Assembly: GCF_025526975.1 (NCBI RefSeq)
Contig: NW_026515677.1
Coordinates: 1 to 64,000, forward strand
Reading direction: 5' to 3'
DNA from: Fimicolochytrium jonesii
Taxonomy: Eukaryota
Length of the DNA: 64,000 bases
Below the pieces are notes generated by a model. It was not told where the DNA came from. It was given only the letters and a program-made list of their open reading frames with translations, and did not search any database. The position numbers were made by a program, and so were the translations under genes. Shown one piece after another: positions 49,261-61,247 of this stretch (its first letter is position 1; the number at the start of each line of letters is the position of its first letter).

Positions 49261-52200
49261 GAACTCTCTCGCGAAACATACTCTCGCGACTGTCGCATCG
49301 AAGTATGCACGACGTCCAACGCTGATGCGCGTACTCAGCGTATGAGGCATTATTTTTTGATTTTCAGTCTGGTTTTTGGTTTACGACGTCGTGGTGTACT
49401 CGAGGGCTCAATGAATAAAAGACAAGCAAGCGGCGACGAGGTGAAGAGAGAGGGGATGAAGAGCTTAATTGGAAAGACCATAAGCCAGGCTCTGATCGTC
49501 TTCTCCACCGACCGCTGGGCCATTCAGTCCGGAGGCGCTAGGCGGAGCGTCGCGTAAGATCAAGAGAGACTAGGCCTTCTTACCACCACAAATCATGCCC
49601 CGCGCCGCGCCCGTGTGAGACTGAACGTTCAGTGCCTCTGCGGAGGAGAATAGTGAGTTCAACTCCCATTTTGCGAGCATTTGGTATCCTTGGACCTCGA
49701 GACGGCGGACGTCCCGCTGTGGTCCGCCGTCCCGCTGTGGCAGGCTGGATGAGCTCACGGAGGAGGTGGCGGACCCCATCTCAGGCTGCTTCGTAAGTAT
49801 GCTCTATGCACGAATCATGGAGTCCTGATATTGACTGTTTTCTGGTTTCATGCATCGTCTAGGGCTCGATGCAGGAGGAGAACGGGCGTTTGAGGCGGGA
49901 GCAGATGGTGAGGGAGGCGAGTGACCGGGCGGAGAGGGAGTTGAGGAGGGTGGAGGGCGAGTTGAGGAGGGTGGAGAGGGAGTTGGAGAGGGAGAATGAG
50001 TTGAGGCGGGGTTTTGAGGAGGAGAGGAGGAGGGAGAGGAGGGCGGGTCGTGAGGACACCCGTCGCCGTGGCGATTGAACTTAGGGGGTGAGTTCCAAAT
50101 TTCCTCGCAAGTGCAAGCCTCGTAACAATGTGCTAATTACTGGATCATTAGGGGGGGTATTTGGGGGAAAGGTGGGGGGGGATTTTTTTTTTTCAATACC
50201 AAAAACGGTGGGGCATTGCCACCATGAAATCCAAACCTTCGGCAGATTGCGGGTTGAGGAGGGTGTCGAGCAGGAACGAATACTTCAAGGGTAGAGCTAG
50301 GGACATCCGTTGCGCTGATGCTACCCTGCGGACCCTACCGTGCTTCCCAGCCATGTCCTCTCTATCGGCGGACTCTGAAGCTGCCGATTCTGACGCAGGA
50401 CGCTCCCGCCGATGCGGAAGAAATGCTCCCTACCGGCCACAGGGGGATTCTGCTGCGTCGGACGCCCAATGTATGGGCTCGCTATGTTTGCGCCCTAGTC
50501 CGTTCGGCATTAGATCCATGACAGCAGGGCTGTGAACCCAGGCGAGCATACGGGACGTAAGCGGACAGCTGTGCACAGATTTCGTGAACTGAGCGGGGTA
50601 GAATGGGTTGGACCATCAACTCGGCGCGCCGTGTCACCCATCCCATTCCCAGTACACCATGTGGCTGAAGAGGGCTCGGCTCGCCGAGGGGGCTTGCGCT
50701 GAAAACACGCGACTCGTTGAGAAAGCGAGACTCGGTCAGGAGGAAAACCGATACTCACTGAGGAGGGAAAACGAGGAGGACGATGGGGACGAGGACTACG
50801 AGCCTGGCGATGGGGAAGGCTTCGAAGACGACGTCTCCCAAGCTGGTGACAAACGGACCCCGGCGGGCGCAAACAAGCATCCTCCAACAGACGATCCAAG
50901 CGGGTCAACCGACCCCAGACAAGCTATCAACAATGATGAGTATCCGCTCGAAATCCCCGCCAGTACAGCTTCAGTATTCGTTTGAAATCTCGCACACGGA
51001 TCCGGATTACCTCACGGAAGGGCCCAGCCCCCTCTTTCTCCATCTTTCCGCTGTCCTTATATTCTACTGAACTGGGTCGAACAGGATCTTAACATGCTAG
51101 CGGCATAGGCGATGATGGCAGCGGCGCTAATGGAGTCAGATGGGAGCTATGTTATATCTGGCACACAAAAAAATCACTATCCGCCGTTGGTGCCAGGCAT
51201 TTGACCTCCGTCCACAATGTTACTGCCACCATCAACATTATGGCGGCGACCCGTAAACAACATCCTGGCGAGGAGGTGTTAGCCCTCATCTTGACGCTCG
51301 CCGCCACTTAGTGGAAGATCTCGATCACTATGTCTCGGACCCTTTTTCGTGCCGGACTGACTTCAATGGGTGTCCCGACGCCGCAAGGGCTCGCGCGCTG
51401 TGGCCGCTCGGTGTTCATTTTGCTTGTTTCGATGAGGGCCAGTCTGCAAGGACTCGATTGATGCGTCATCCGAATACAGACCGGCTTCAGTTACACATCC
51501 GTGTCGCATCGCCTTCGCGCTGCGCAAAGACCGGCTCCATCGACAACAGCCAGCGTGCCCGGAAGTCGCATTGACGCCGGCGGACTTGACACACCACCGA
51601 ATCCGCTTAGCGGGAAAGTCAAACGGGTTCCTGTCCTCGGCACCCTATGACGGTTAGTGTGCAATGGCATTTGCCGTACTTGCACATTCCGACGGCTGTG
51701 GAGACCAGAATACAGCTTGGCAAATGCTGCAGCGGAAGATATTGGCATAGACCCTCACGCTTCCGTTAGCGTGGGAATTGGTTCCACGCCGACGGATCTC
51801 CGGTCTTGAGAAGACCACATCAGCACGAAGACGGTGTTCAGCGTGAAGATCGGTTGTGGCATATTGAGCAAGAAGCTATTAAGGATGTAAATGCATGCAT
51901 CTGCGAGGATGCATTTACTGTGGGTGGCCAAAAGAGCAGTTATGCGCGGGGGTAGCTGGTTATGTGGCACCATGAAAGTCACTGAACTTCTCCCCGGCAA
52001 CTACCACCAGACTACTGACAAGATGAGAAGGAGGGGGCCGACGAGCCTCAGCTCTGAATGAGCTGTTCTTGGGCGCGCGTAACTGCTCTTTTGGCCACCC
52101 ACTGTACATCTGCAAGGCGCTTACGGCTCGCAGCATCCCGTCCTGTCGCTCGAAACTCAAATGGGCGGATCACCATCACGCATTCACGGTATGACGGTTT

Positions 52201-53326
52201 ATCAACGATGTCGCAGCTCTCTGATGCGGGATTTCAAACGCACAGCGGTCGTCGTCTGTCCTCTAAACTACGTAGAATAGCCGTGCGTGCGTTGGCGGGG
52301 GTTGGATGGGCATGAAACCTTGGATGTGCTGTCAAAAGAACGCGTTTCACCATTGGCAGAGTGGCGGCCGGTGACTACTGTCACTTGCGCATGATCGGAG
52401 TATGGGGGGTCATTAGAAGTGAACGACTCCCCCCCCCCCCCCTTTGACCGGGCATTGAACAGCATCCCCCATTGGAATGTCCTTTCATAGTATGAATTCC
52501 GAGAAGGGATACGAGACGGAGGGCACAGGAAGGAGGCCATAGGACGGGGCACACGGGCACAGATGGGATGGGGAATAAGGCGGTCAGAGGGACCCCCTCG
52601 CTGATGAGTCTGGAGAGCGGTGAGTGTGACTCGAGGGTACAGTAAATACAGTAGAGGGTCTGACAGTATGTCTGTCTGTGCTGTGCAAGAGAGTGCAAAT
52701 TTGCGGCCAAAAAACCCTCTCGAGAGTCAAAGGGGGTGGACCAACGAGATCGGAGAAAGCGAAGGACTCCACCCTTGATCTATTTGATCTGCGAAGGAAG
52801 GACCCTCTGTAAAGACACATGGACTACTAATAACTACAGCGATTCTCTGCGTGGCTCGTTCTTGCCACTTGGGCTGCGTGCAAACTTTGCAAACTTTCTC
52901 CATGCTCCTGCCCCCCACGGGATCCCCTCGTTCATGTTCAGTGCGTTGGGCCGTCGTTGGAATGTGATAAGAAGATGATGGATGCTATGAAGGAGGAGTG
53001 TTGTTCTCCGCAGCAGCAGCTTCCGAGAGTCCCTCCGACGCACCTCGCCGCAGAAAACGGCCGCAACTTGCACCGTCCTGCAGTACTGGAACCTTTTCCC
53101 ACACTAATTATACCCCTCCGCCGCAAGCCTCACTTCGCAGCCCATCCCATTGCTGCAGCACTGCTAGTATCTATCACTCGCCACCGACGAAGGGTCACTC
53201 ACTCATACTCTACACACAACAACCCCGCCTTCTCGATCCCGCTGGTGGCGTAATTTCCAGAAGCACATTGACCAGTCGAATACCTGTTCCCCGACGAACT
53301 CAGAGCACCGCTCCCGAGAGATATCC

Positions 53327-54574
53327 ATGTCGGCAGCAACGCACGACTTCCAAGACTCAATGATAGCCCCCTCCTCCTCCCCACCCCTCGATCCCGCCCC
53401 CTACCCGGACTCCATCGTCGTGCCCCCGAAAACAACGCCCCCAACCCCGCCGGCCTCCCTCCACAACCTCCCCACCACCGCCGACCCATCATCACAAACC
53501 CCCTCCCCTACAACCTCTACAACAACAACAACATCGGGACTGCCGACTTCTTATTATGAGCGGTATACGCGAAACTACAACCTGGGTGAACGGCAACGGA
53601 CACTTAGAGAGGCAGAACAGAGGGCTCTGCAGCAGAGACTTGTGAACGCTTCAAAGGGACGGAGTAGCAGAGGGAGGAGAGGGAGTGATCCCGGTGGTGG
53701 GACTGGGAACGGGAAGCAGGCGTATTATGGAGGCGAGAATCCGAGTACGGAGAGTTTGGCTAGTAGTGACCACTTGGAGTCGGCTGTGGAGAATTTATAC
53801 AAAATGGTGAGTTGCCGCGCCAATGCAGTACTTTGCGAGCATCGGCGAGCGTCAGATCTCCCTCCAAAGACGCAAAAACTCCCTCCATCCGCGTTCTTCT
53901 GCTGCACGAAAGCGTTCAAGGCGTTCAACCAGCCATCCACCATCCGCTTTCACATGTGCTCTGACTTTCTGCTAACCTCCATCGTTCCCGAATTCCCAAG
54001 GTCGAACGAAAAGTGGCTCCAACACTCCCACCCTCCCCCCGCCGGCCTACAGTCGACCCCTCCCAGTACCCGGTCCCCCGCAACCCCACCGGCCGGCGGA
54101 GGGCCGACTCCTGGACATCGACCGCCATCCATTCGGAAGTTTCCAAACTTTACCACATGGGCGCCGCAACCGCCGGCAGCGGACCGCGGCAGACGCTGAT
54201 TACGGGACCCAATAATGCGAGTGAGAGAGACCTTGCGGGTGCGACGAGGACGGGGTTGGACTTGGAAAGTGGGAAGAGGGGGGGTGGGGAGGCGAGTGAG
54301 GTTTCGTTGGATTTGCTCTTGCTTATTTATGGTGCGTTTTCGTCATATCCTCTCAGTATTCAGCAGTCGAGTGATCAATGGAAACGATGGCTGACCCTAC
54401 CTCTTTCTCATCCCCATAGGCTTCCTCTTCCCACCCCTCTGGTGGTACGGCGCCTTCCGAGCCCACGAACCGCCCTCCCGCTACCGCAAATACAACCGCA
54501 TCCTCTCCGTCGTGGGGACCATCCTCTACCTCGGCGTGGCCGCGTTCTTGGTGTGGTTTTTCCTGTTTCGGTGA
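53327..54574 (+). CDS. Pro/Thr-rich protein with two C-terminal TM segments (GFLFPPLWWYG motif); 2 introns
   Basis: Introns 53807-54000 and ~54332-54419 give an open frame ending ..YRKYNRILSVVGTILYLGVAAFLVWFFLFR*. Confidence 0.7.
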
Positions 54575-55581
54575 TGTGCCAGAGGTGATGTGCCAGAGTC
54601 GAAGATCTTCCGACATACCCTGGACAGTTCGCCTAGGTGGGGGGAATACTCGCATCCCATCCGCACCGCCAACCCAAATCTCGCGGTAATACCACACGAC
54701 ACAATACGCAGGCGTATGAACACAACGCACACACACACACATGCGCGCCCTAATCATCCAACACACCGCTGCATCATCTTCACCCCACCCTCGCGGCGTA
54801 CCTCCCCAAGCCCATGTAGTTCTCACTACATGCACTCCCCTCCTGCTTCTTTCCCTCTTTCGTATCACCCACCCGGCGTATTTTATCATCCACTCCCCTC
54901 CCCAACCCGGACCTATTTCCCGTATTCCCCCGCTCCGTGGACTGGTATTTGGATTCTCCCCCCCGAAAACGGTTTGGACTCTGTAGCAGTATAGTTTTTG
55001 TTAACCCCCCGCCGTGTTGTTTTTTTTTGTTGTATTCCCGTTTGTGTGCTTTGTCCTTTTTTGTGCTTTATAGACTTAAATATTTAACAAGAAAAAAGCT
55101 TTCTGCAAACAACGAAAAAACCTGAGGGAAATGGGACGCGCGGTCGTGGAGGGGAAGGTCCCCAGGGGGCCTTGTTTCTCGTGGCCTGCGGAAATTCGTA
55201 GTTCGGCTTGAGTGGGGTCGCCTTGAGTGGGTCTTCCGAGATGACCGGTCCGAGGATGTATGGGGGGGTTTGAAAGGATAGCCCCTTCTGCGGGCATCTC
55301 CCGGTGTGTGTGTGCAGGACGGCGCGGCCCTTCCAAACGTGGTCAGCAAGTCGAAAGGCACGCTTGAGAACCCAGTCGGTCAATGCCATGATGTAACGCG
55401 AAGGCAAAAGTATGTGCAATATTATGAAGCCCACAGTTGGGTGGGTTCTACGCACTCATCATGCTGTACAGACTCCTCCTGTCTAAATCCGTCTACGGCT
55501 AACACTCATGTACCGTCTAGAGTCTAGTCTAGACATACACAACAAAAAAAACGGGTTTCAAAATGTTTCTGCCGACAAATT

Positions 55582-57387
55582 TTAGATCAACGCCGCGATG
55601 GCAGCAAGCAGACCCGCGAAGGGGAGGGCGCGGAGGGTGGATGCGCTGCTGTCGATCGGGCCGTCGGTGGGGACCGGCGGGGGGACGGGGACGTCGGTGG
55701 GGTCCGAGGTCGGGACGGGGACGTCGGTGGGGTCCGCGGTGGGTTCCGCGGTGGGGACGTCGGTGGGTTCGGCGGTGGGCTCGACGGTGGGCTCGACGGT
55801 GGGCTCGACGGTGGGCTCGACGGTGGGCTCGACGGTGGGCTCGACAGTAGGCTCGGAGGTGGGCTCCTCGGTGCAGTCCTCGTCGGTGGTGGTGTTTGTG
55901 GGCTCCGCGGTAGGCTCGACGGTAGGCTCGACAGTGGGCTCGGAGGTGGGCTCCTCGGTGCAGTCGTCATCGTCGTCGGTAGTGGTGGGCTCAGCGGTAG
56001 AGGTAGTGACATCAGCGGCGGAGGTGGAGGTGGAGATGTCGATGGAAGTGGAGGTCTCGACAGCGGACGTAGTCGCCGTGGTGGTGCCGTTGCTGGCCGG
56101 CTGTCCCGCAAGGATGGTGTCCAGGTACTTTGCCAAACGGTATCCACCCTTCGCGATCTGCTTCCTGACAATCATGTACGTCTTCTGGTAGTACTCGCCA
56201 GAGAGGTCGTTGGCGGTCCTGGTGCCGGTGCCGGCAAGGAGGTCCTTGTCCCAGACAATGCCGCAGTTGGCGTCGTTGCCGTCGTTGGCCCACTTGAGGG
56301 GGCAGGCGTCGGGGCGGCCGTCGTTGTTGGAGTCACCGGCGACGTCGCAGGTTGCCCATGAGGGGGCTTCGGCGGCCCAGGAGCCGTTTTGGATCTCGTT
56401 GATGATCCAGCCGCGGTAAGCGTCGATGTCGCCTCCGAAGTTGTCTGTTTTGCAGTAAAGAGGAGGAAAAAACTGATCAGCCAAAATCTTCCCGGTCGTT
56501 TGTGATGTGGTATGATTCTTTACTCACCGGTGATGTCCTTGACGGGGATGAAGCTGTCCCAGATAATGTGCAGCTGGACGGGACGGGAGGTACCCATGTA
56601 GACATACGTTGTGGAGTTGGCCCAGGTGGCGAAGAACCCGTTTCCACCAGCGAGCTTTCCGCAGTTGTGGAGGGGCTGGGTGATATCACCCAAAAAGTGG
56701 GACAGGAACTTCAACGCCTCGGACCGGGCATCCCAGCTGTACTTAGTGGCGTCCTTGACCTGCAAGGTGTAGTTTCCGATCGCATCGACGATGTTGATGC
56801 CGCCGGCGCCGTCACGGGCCAGGTCGACCTCGCAGTGCACCTTCTCGGGGGAGTCGACGTCCAGAGGGGTCTCGTCCTCGGCGTCGATGAAGTGGAGGTT
56901 GCCGGCCCAGGCGTAGGGGCGGCCGGGGAGGGACTTGATGTCGTCGGCCCAGGTGGAAGAGAGGGTGAAGTTCCAGCCGGTGGGGAGGAGGTAATCACGC
57001 ACGGCAGCTGTCTCGGGCTTCAGGAGCTTGTCGGCGATGTATCCGATAGAGGAGTGACCTATAAGAGAAGGAAAAATACGGTCAGCTTAAGGAAAGAAAA
57101 AAGGGGAACACTGGGGCAAGCACACCCCCTCAGTCATCGCAAATAGCCATTCCGCCGCAATCACGATTCCGACAACCAGTCCAGCACCACCATGTCCGTC
57201 CAAGCGACCAAGCCTTCCTCCCTGTCCTTTCCACTAGCCAATGTCCATCCACGACCAGTGCGTCGTCCCCACCCCCCTGAAGTGAGAAATCGCGTTCCAT
57301 CCCCATTGCCAACCTACCTTCATTGGTCCAAGCATGCGCGGAACCCGCCAACGCAAGCAGCGCAACAGTAGACACAACAGCGTACAT
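55582..57387 (-). CDS. Secreted S1/P1 nuclease with a Thr/Pro/Glu-rich stalk and GPI-anchor-like C-terminus; 2 introns
   Basis: Signal peptide then W..EGH, TWADDIK, LHFID, LKFLSHFLGDITQPLH and LHIIWDS; EPTV repeats; hydrophobic tail LPFAGLLAAIAALI. Confidence 0.9.
55665..55960. repeat. 12-bp coding tandem repeat (EPTV)n in the nuclease stalk
   Basis: GGTGGGCTCGAC units. Confidence 0.9.
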
Positions 57388-59076
57388 ATCTGCCTTTCTA
57401 TCTATTTCTAATGTCCGGGGGTATGAGGAGGATGCGATGCTGCGTTCTGATCAACAGAATGAAGCGACGTTCGGAGTTGGGGTAGGGGTGGAGAGGACGT
57501 GGGTGCTGCGTCGACCGCTTTTTGTATCCTCTCTCTACAGTACGTAGTAGATATCGTTGGTAGCGGCGCACACCCTATCACTAAGAAATTTCCTTTTTTC
57601 CATCTGATTGACCTTGTGCTAATCAAATTACCAAATGCTACCGCCAACTTCATGATCGTTGAGGGGATCACAGACAGACCATTGAGGTTCATGGGCAATG
57701 CCTTCATAAGTCCAAAGTTCATGTTGCGCAGACCGGGATATGAGGGCCAAATTACATTGTGGATGGGCGGTGTTTTCCGGTTGGGATCCTCGGTGCAGGT
57801 CGTCTGGTCGCCGGAAGTCGATCAGTGCAGTCGGGATATCAATCCCAGCATCCGAGGGGGTCTCAAGAGCTCCAACGGGATGGGTATCGACCGACAATTA
57901 TCGATAGAAGCCGGCGGGCCGGCAGCGCTCTCGGGAATCGGGATAGCGACGGTAGGAGGCATCATATCACTTTGAGGTCCTACACGCTACATCTACCACC
58001 CCTCCGGCGACAACAGCCGTGGTACGATCTATTACTCCCACCGAATCCCAGCTCCGCCCATGCCAACTTGCAATCATCCACCGCGGCCGGGGGTGCACGT
58101 TTCGCCCGTCCGTCCGTCCATCCGGATGGATTTTGAAAAGGAAAGCGCCAAAATTCGATGCGCGCACGAAGGGTGGCTTTATGGATCCTCCCGCCGGGTC
58201 GCCCATTTTTTGCGTGTTCCTTTTGTGCAAAAATGGCTGACGGACCAGGTGAGCACGCCTGAGGCACACCCACGTTTTTGGTGCCAGAGGTCGCTGGCAA
58301 ACCAACCTCGTCAGCAAAGACGGCGGAAAACTCCGCCCTTGGGTTCGCCCGCCGTGGTCGTTCCGTGCAAGCGGGAAAGAAGGGGATGCGACTATCTCAC
58401 AAGAGTCACAACAAGCGAGAGCGGACGGACGGATGTTTAGGGACCTTTCCTGCTCGGTCCCAACTATCTCACTGTTTAACACTATTCGCATCACATGCTT
58501 TCCCTCCATTCCGTCCGAGGGAAGGAACCAGGGCACATCACATTACAATCACATTCACAGCACATCCAGGGAGAAATAAGGGCCCCAGCGCTGCTGTGCG
58601 TTACGGTGAAGGACGTACAAGCCGGCACTTCAAGTCGGTCCGGTGCATGTGCACGATGCGGGATCGCTTTGATGGGTGCGAACCGTTTAGGTGAGGATGT
58701 GCGAGTTCATCGCGAGGAAAGGCGCCAGCGGCGGATGGCTTCAAAATGGTAGGGGAGCAATCCGACTGATAATGGATTGAAAGAATTCTGCTTGAGGTTG
58801 GCCTATCGCGAGAGGTCCCATTTGCTTCATCGCACTCTTCTCATTGCTGTTTTCCACTCTTCTTCCTTACATTAGCCGTAACATGATATTGACAACTCGT
58901 TTTCAAATGTACAAACTACATAACATGACAACGCAACAGACTAACACTACACAGAATCGAAGGCAAAGTGTCCCAAAACCCCTACACGGGGGATTAGGCG
59001 CTAGCCCAACGCTTGAGATCCGGCCATTCTTCACATAGACGCTCTTGTTTATGCCTCATTCCTTGACGCATCCACC

Positions 59077-59855
59077 TCACGCGCCCTCTTCAATCGCCTG
59101 GTATCCCGACGCATGGCGACCAAAGAAGCTGTTCCCAAACAAAACAAAATCATACGAAGCCGTCCGTAAATGCAGGTTCGAAGAGAAGCAAACGAGAACA
59201 GTCTTACAAGTAAATAACGAGTCCCAAAACAGGGAACAAGAAGATGAGCAAGGTCCAGCCGAGTTTTGCGCCGATGCCGCGGGAGGAGTTCACGACTTCG
59301 ACTGTATGAAAATAAATGGATGAGATCATTAACCCATCAACCCATCAACAACCATCAACCATCAACCAGCCATCAGCATACACGCGCAATGTGGTGCTCG
59401 CTTCGCTCGCGAAAGATCTGACGCTCGCTGAGGCTCGCTAAGACCTGCGATGAGGAGAGTTTTGCGCCTTTGGTGCTCGCTCCGCTCCCGCTTCGCTATC
59501 GCTCGGGCACCCATCGCAAACCAGACGGCGTTCGCTCTGATCCACCTATCGGTCTCCAGACACACCCCGCTTCGCTCGTTGCAGACAACCAACCACCATC
59601 GCTCACGCGATTTCACACCTCGCGCAGGATCTCACACCTCCCCATTTCTCACACCTCTCACTTCGAATTCAACATACAAACAGCAACGAGGTCGAGTCCC
59701 AGTACAATAAATCCGAGGATCCCGCCCGAGATATGGAGTCCTAGGGGCCTTGCATCAGCTCCGGTTGGAAGAAGAGTGACGAGGGTAGCGAGAGTGAGGA
59801 GGATAGTTTGGATGGGAGTGAAGGTGAAGGGGCGGGTTGTTGTTGTGGCGGACAT
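59077..59855 (-). CDS. Small membrane protein with a PLDc_N-like hairpin; 2 introns
   Basis: Signal-like N-terminus, then GGILGFIVLGLDLVAV | FEVVNSSRGIGAKLGWTLLIFLFPVLGLVIYL | LFG...GYQAIEEGA*. Confidence 0.7.
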
Positions 59856-60650
59856 GTTGGTCGGTTGTTGGTGGGTGAGTGAGGAACGGTTAAGATGAGC
59901 TGGGAGTGGAGCAGCTGTTTGGTGGTGGGTTCTGCGTTGTTGTCTGAGGGGCTTGATGAGTGATTGAGCAAGAAAAGGCCTTGGCGAAGGAGTCCTCAGT
60001 CAGAAGGGGGGGATGACCTCATAACTCTCTCTCTAATCTCATAACAGGGGCGCGTTAGGGTTCGCGTCGATTGAGGAGGGTAACTAGGGTTAGCCTGCCG
60101 CGCAAGTCGGAGTTCCTCTCTTCGCAAATGAAAGCCACGTTTGCACAAGCAAGGGAGCCCCATATCATTGTGATCTCTCGATGTGATAAAATGGCGCTCC
60201 ATGGCGAGAGTAGATGTACATAGCAGGGCTGCATATTCTACACGCAACATCCCAAGATTCCTCCGTTGACAGCCACCCTCACAGTAGGTAGCCACGGTCT
60301 CGTGGAGCGCTACCTTCCAGGTGTGCTCCACCAGTTCTCTGAACGGGTCACATAGTCAAAGGCTTGCTCCGAACCTGTCAACCGACTATGGATGGATTAG
60401 TGATCAGTTAGAAGACGGTCTTGATACATTCCAAAGTTATGCGATACCAACACTAGAATTTTCTTTTTTTAGCCCGGGATGCGGATCCCCTGGTAGCCGA
60501 TTTCGTGGGCATTTTGAGGGAATCCTTCACACCACATGAGCTCTCGCCGAGTCGGTGCAGAGGTGGGTCCGCTTGTCCTTGCGCAAGTGTGTAGTCGAAG
60601 GATGTTGCTTTATTGGTTGTGGACACCATTGGATTCTGCAAGGAGCAGGT

Positions 60651-61247
60651 TTACTCCTTGTTGATCAGGAGTTCCGTCATGAAAAGCAGATCGAGCTTAC
60701 CTCCCATGCCAAATATGCGTTTAGCTCCACATCTAATCCGCATCTTGGGGGAGCAAGCTCCCGGAGTCGATGGGCAATCTGCACAAGCTTTCTCATTTCC
60801 TTTCGCCAGCTGCAACCTGAGCTGAAACTGCTTCGTGACTTCCTTCGCGACAGCGATATCCACCTCCTTCTGCTTCGTGACGTCCTTCGCGCCAGCGACC
60901 ACCTCCACCTCTCGCCATTTCAGAAACTGGTCCGCAGTGAAACCCGGGGGAGGCACTGCACTTGTAGACGCAATTGGGGGAGTAGCGGCCGACGACGATG
61001 AAGGCACTTCAACGAGGAGTTTGTCAGCAGCGTTTCCCAACGCAGCGCCAACCTTGCCGGCACCTGCCCCCGCTGTCGGATGGTGGTAACCGGCGAACGT
61101 CAGGCAGGCTTCCAGGAGTTTTTCGATGGACCTGGTCCTCCACATGTCCAGCTCTTCCTGTTGATCCCATGGTTGTGTATGGAATGCAAAAGGACTGTTA
61201 GCCGCAGGCTGCAACTGCCATGGCCTCCCAGCCTCCGCTACTGTCAC
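60651..61247 (-). other. Hypothetical ORF or relic with (D/E)VTKQ coiled-coil repeats
   Basis: AKDVTKQKEVDIAVAKEVTKQFQLRLQL; the rest is unrecognised. Confidence 0.25.

Noticed and set aside
49869..50985. Glu/Arg coiled-coil and acidic short ORFs
   Set aside because: Low complexity with no recognisable domain or gene structure.
55587..57146. Long overlapping ORFs (55598-56191 +, 56502-57146 +, 55587-56171 -)
   Set aside because: Alternative-frame or antisense shadows of the repeat-rich S1/P1 nuclease gene.
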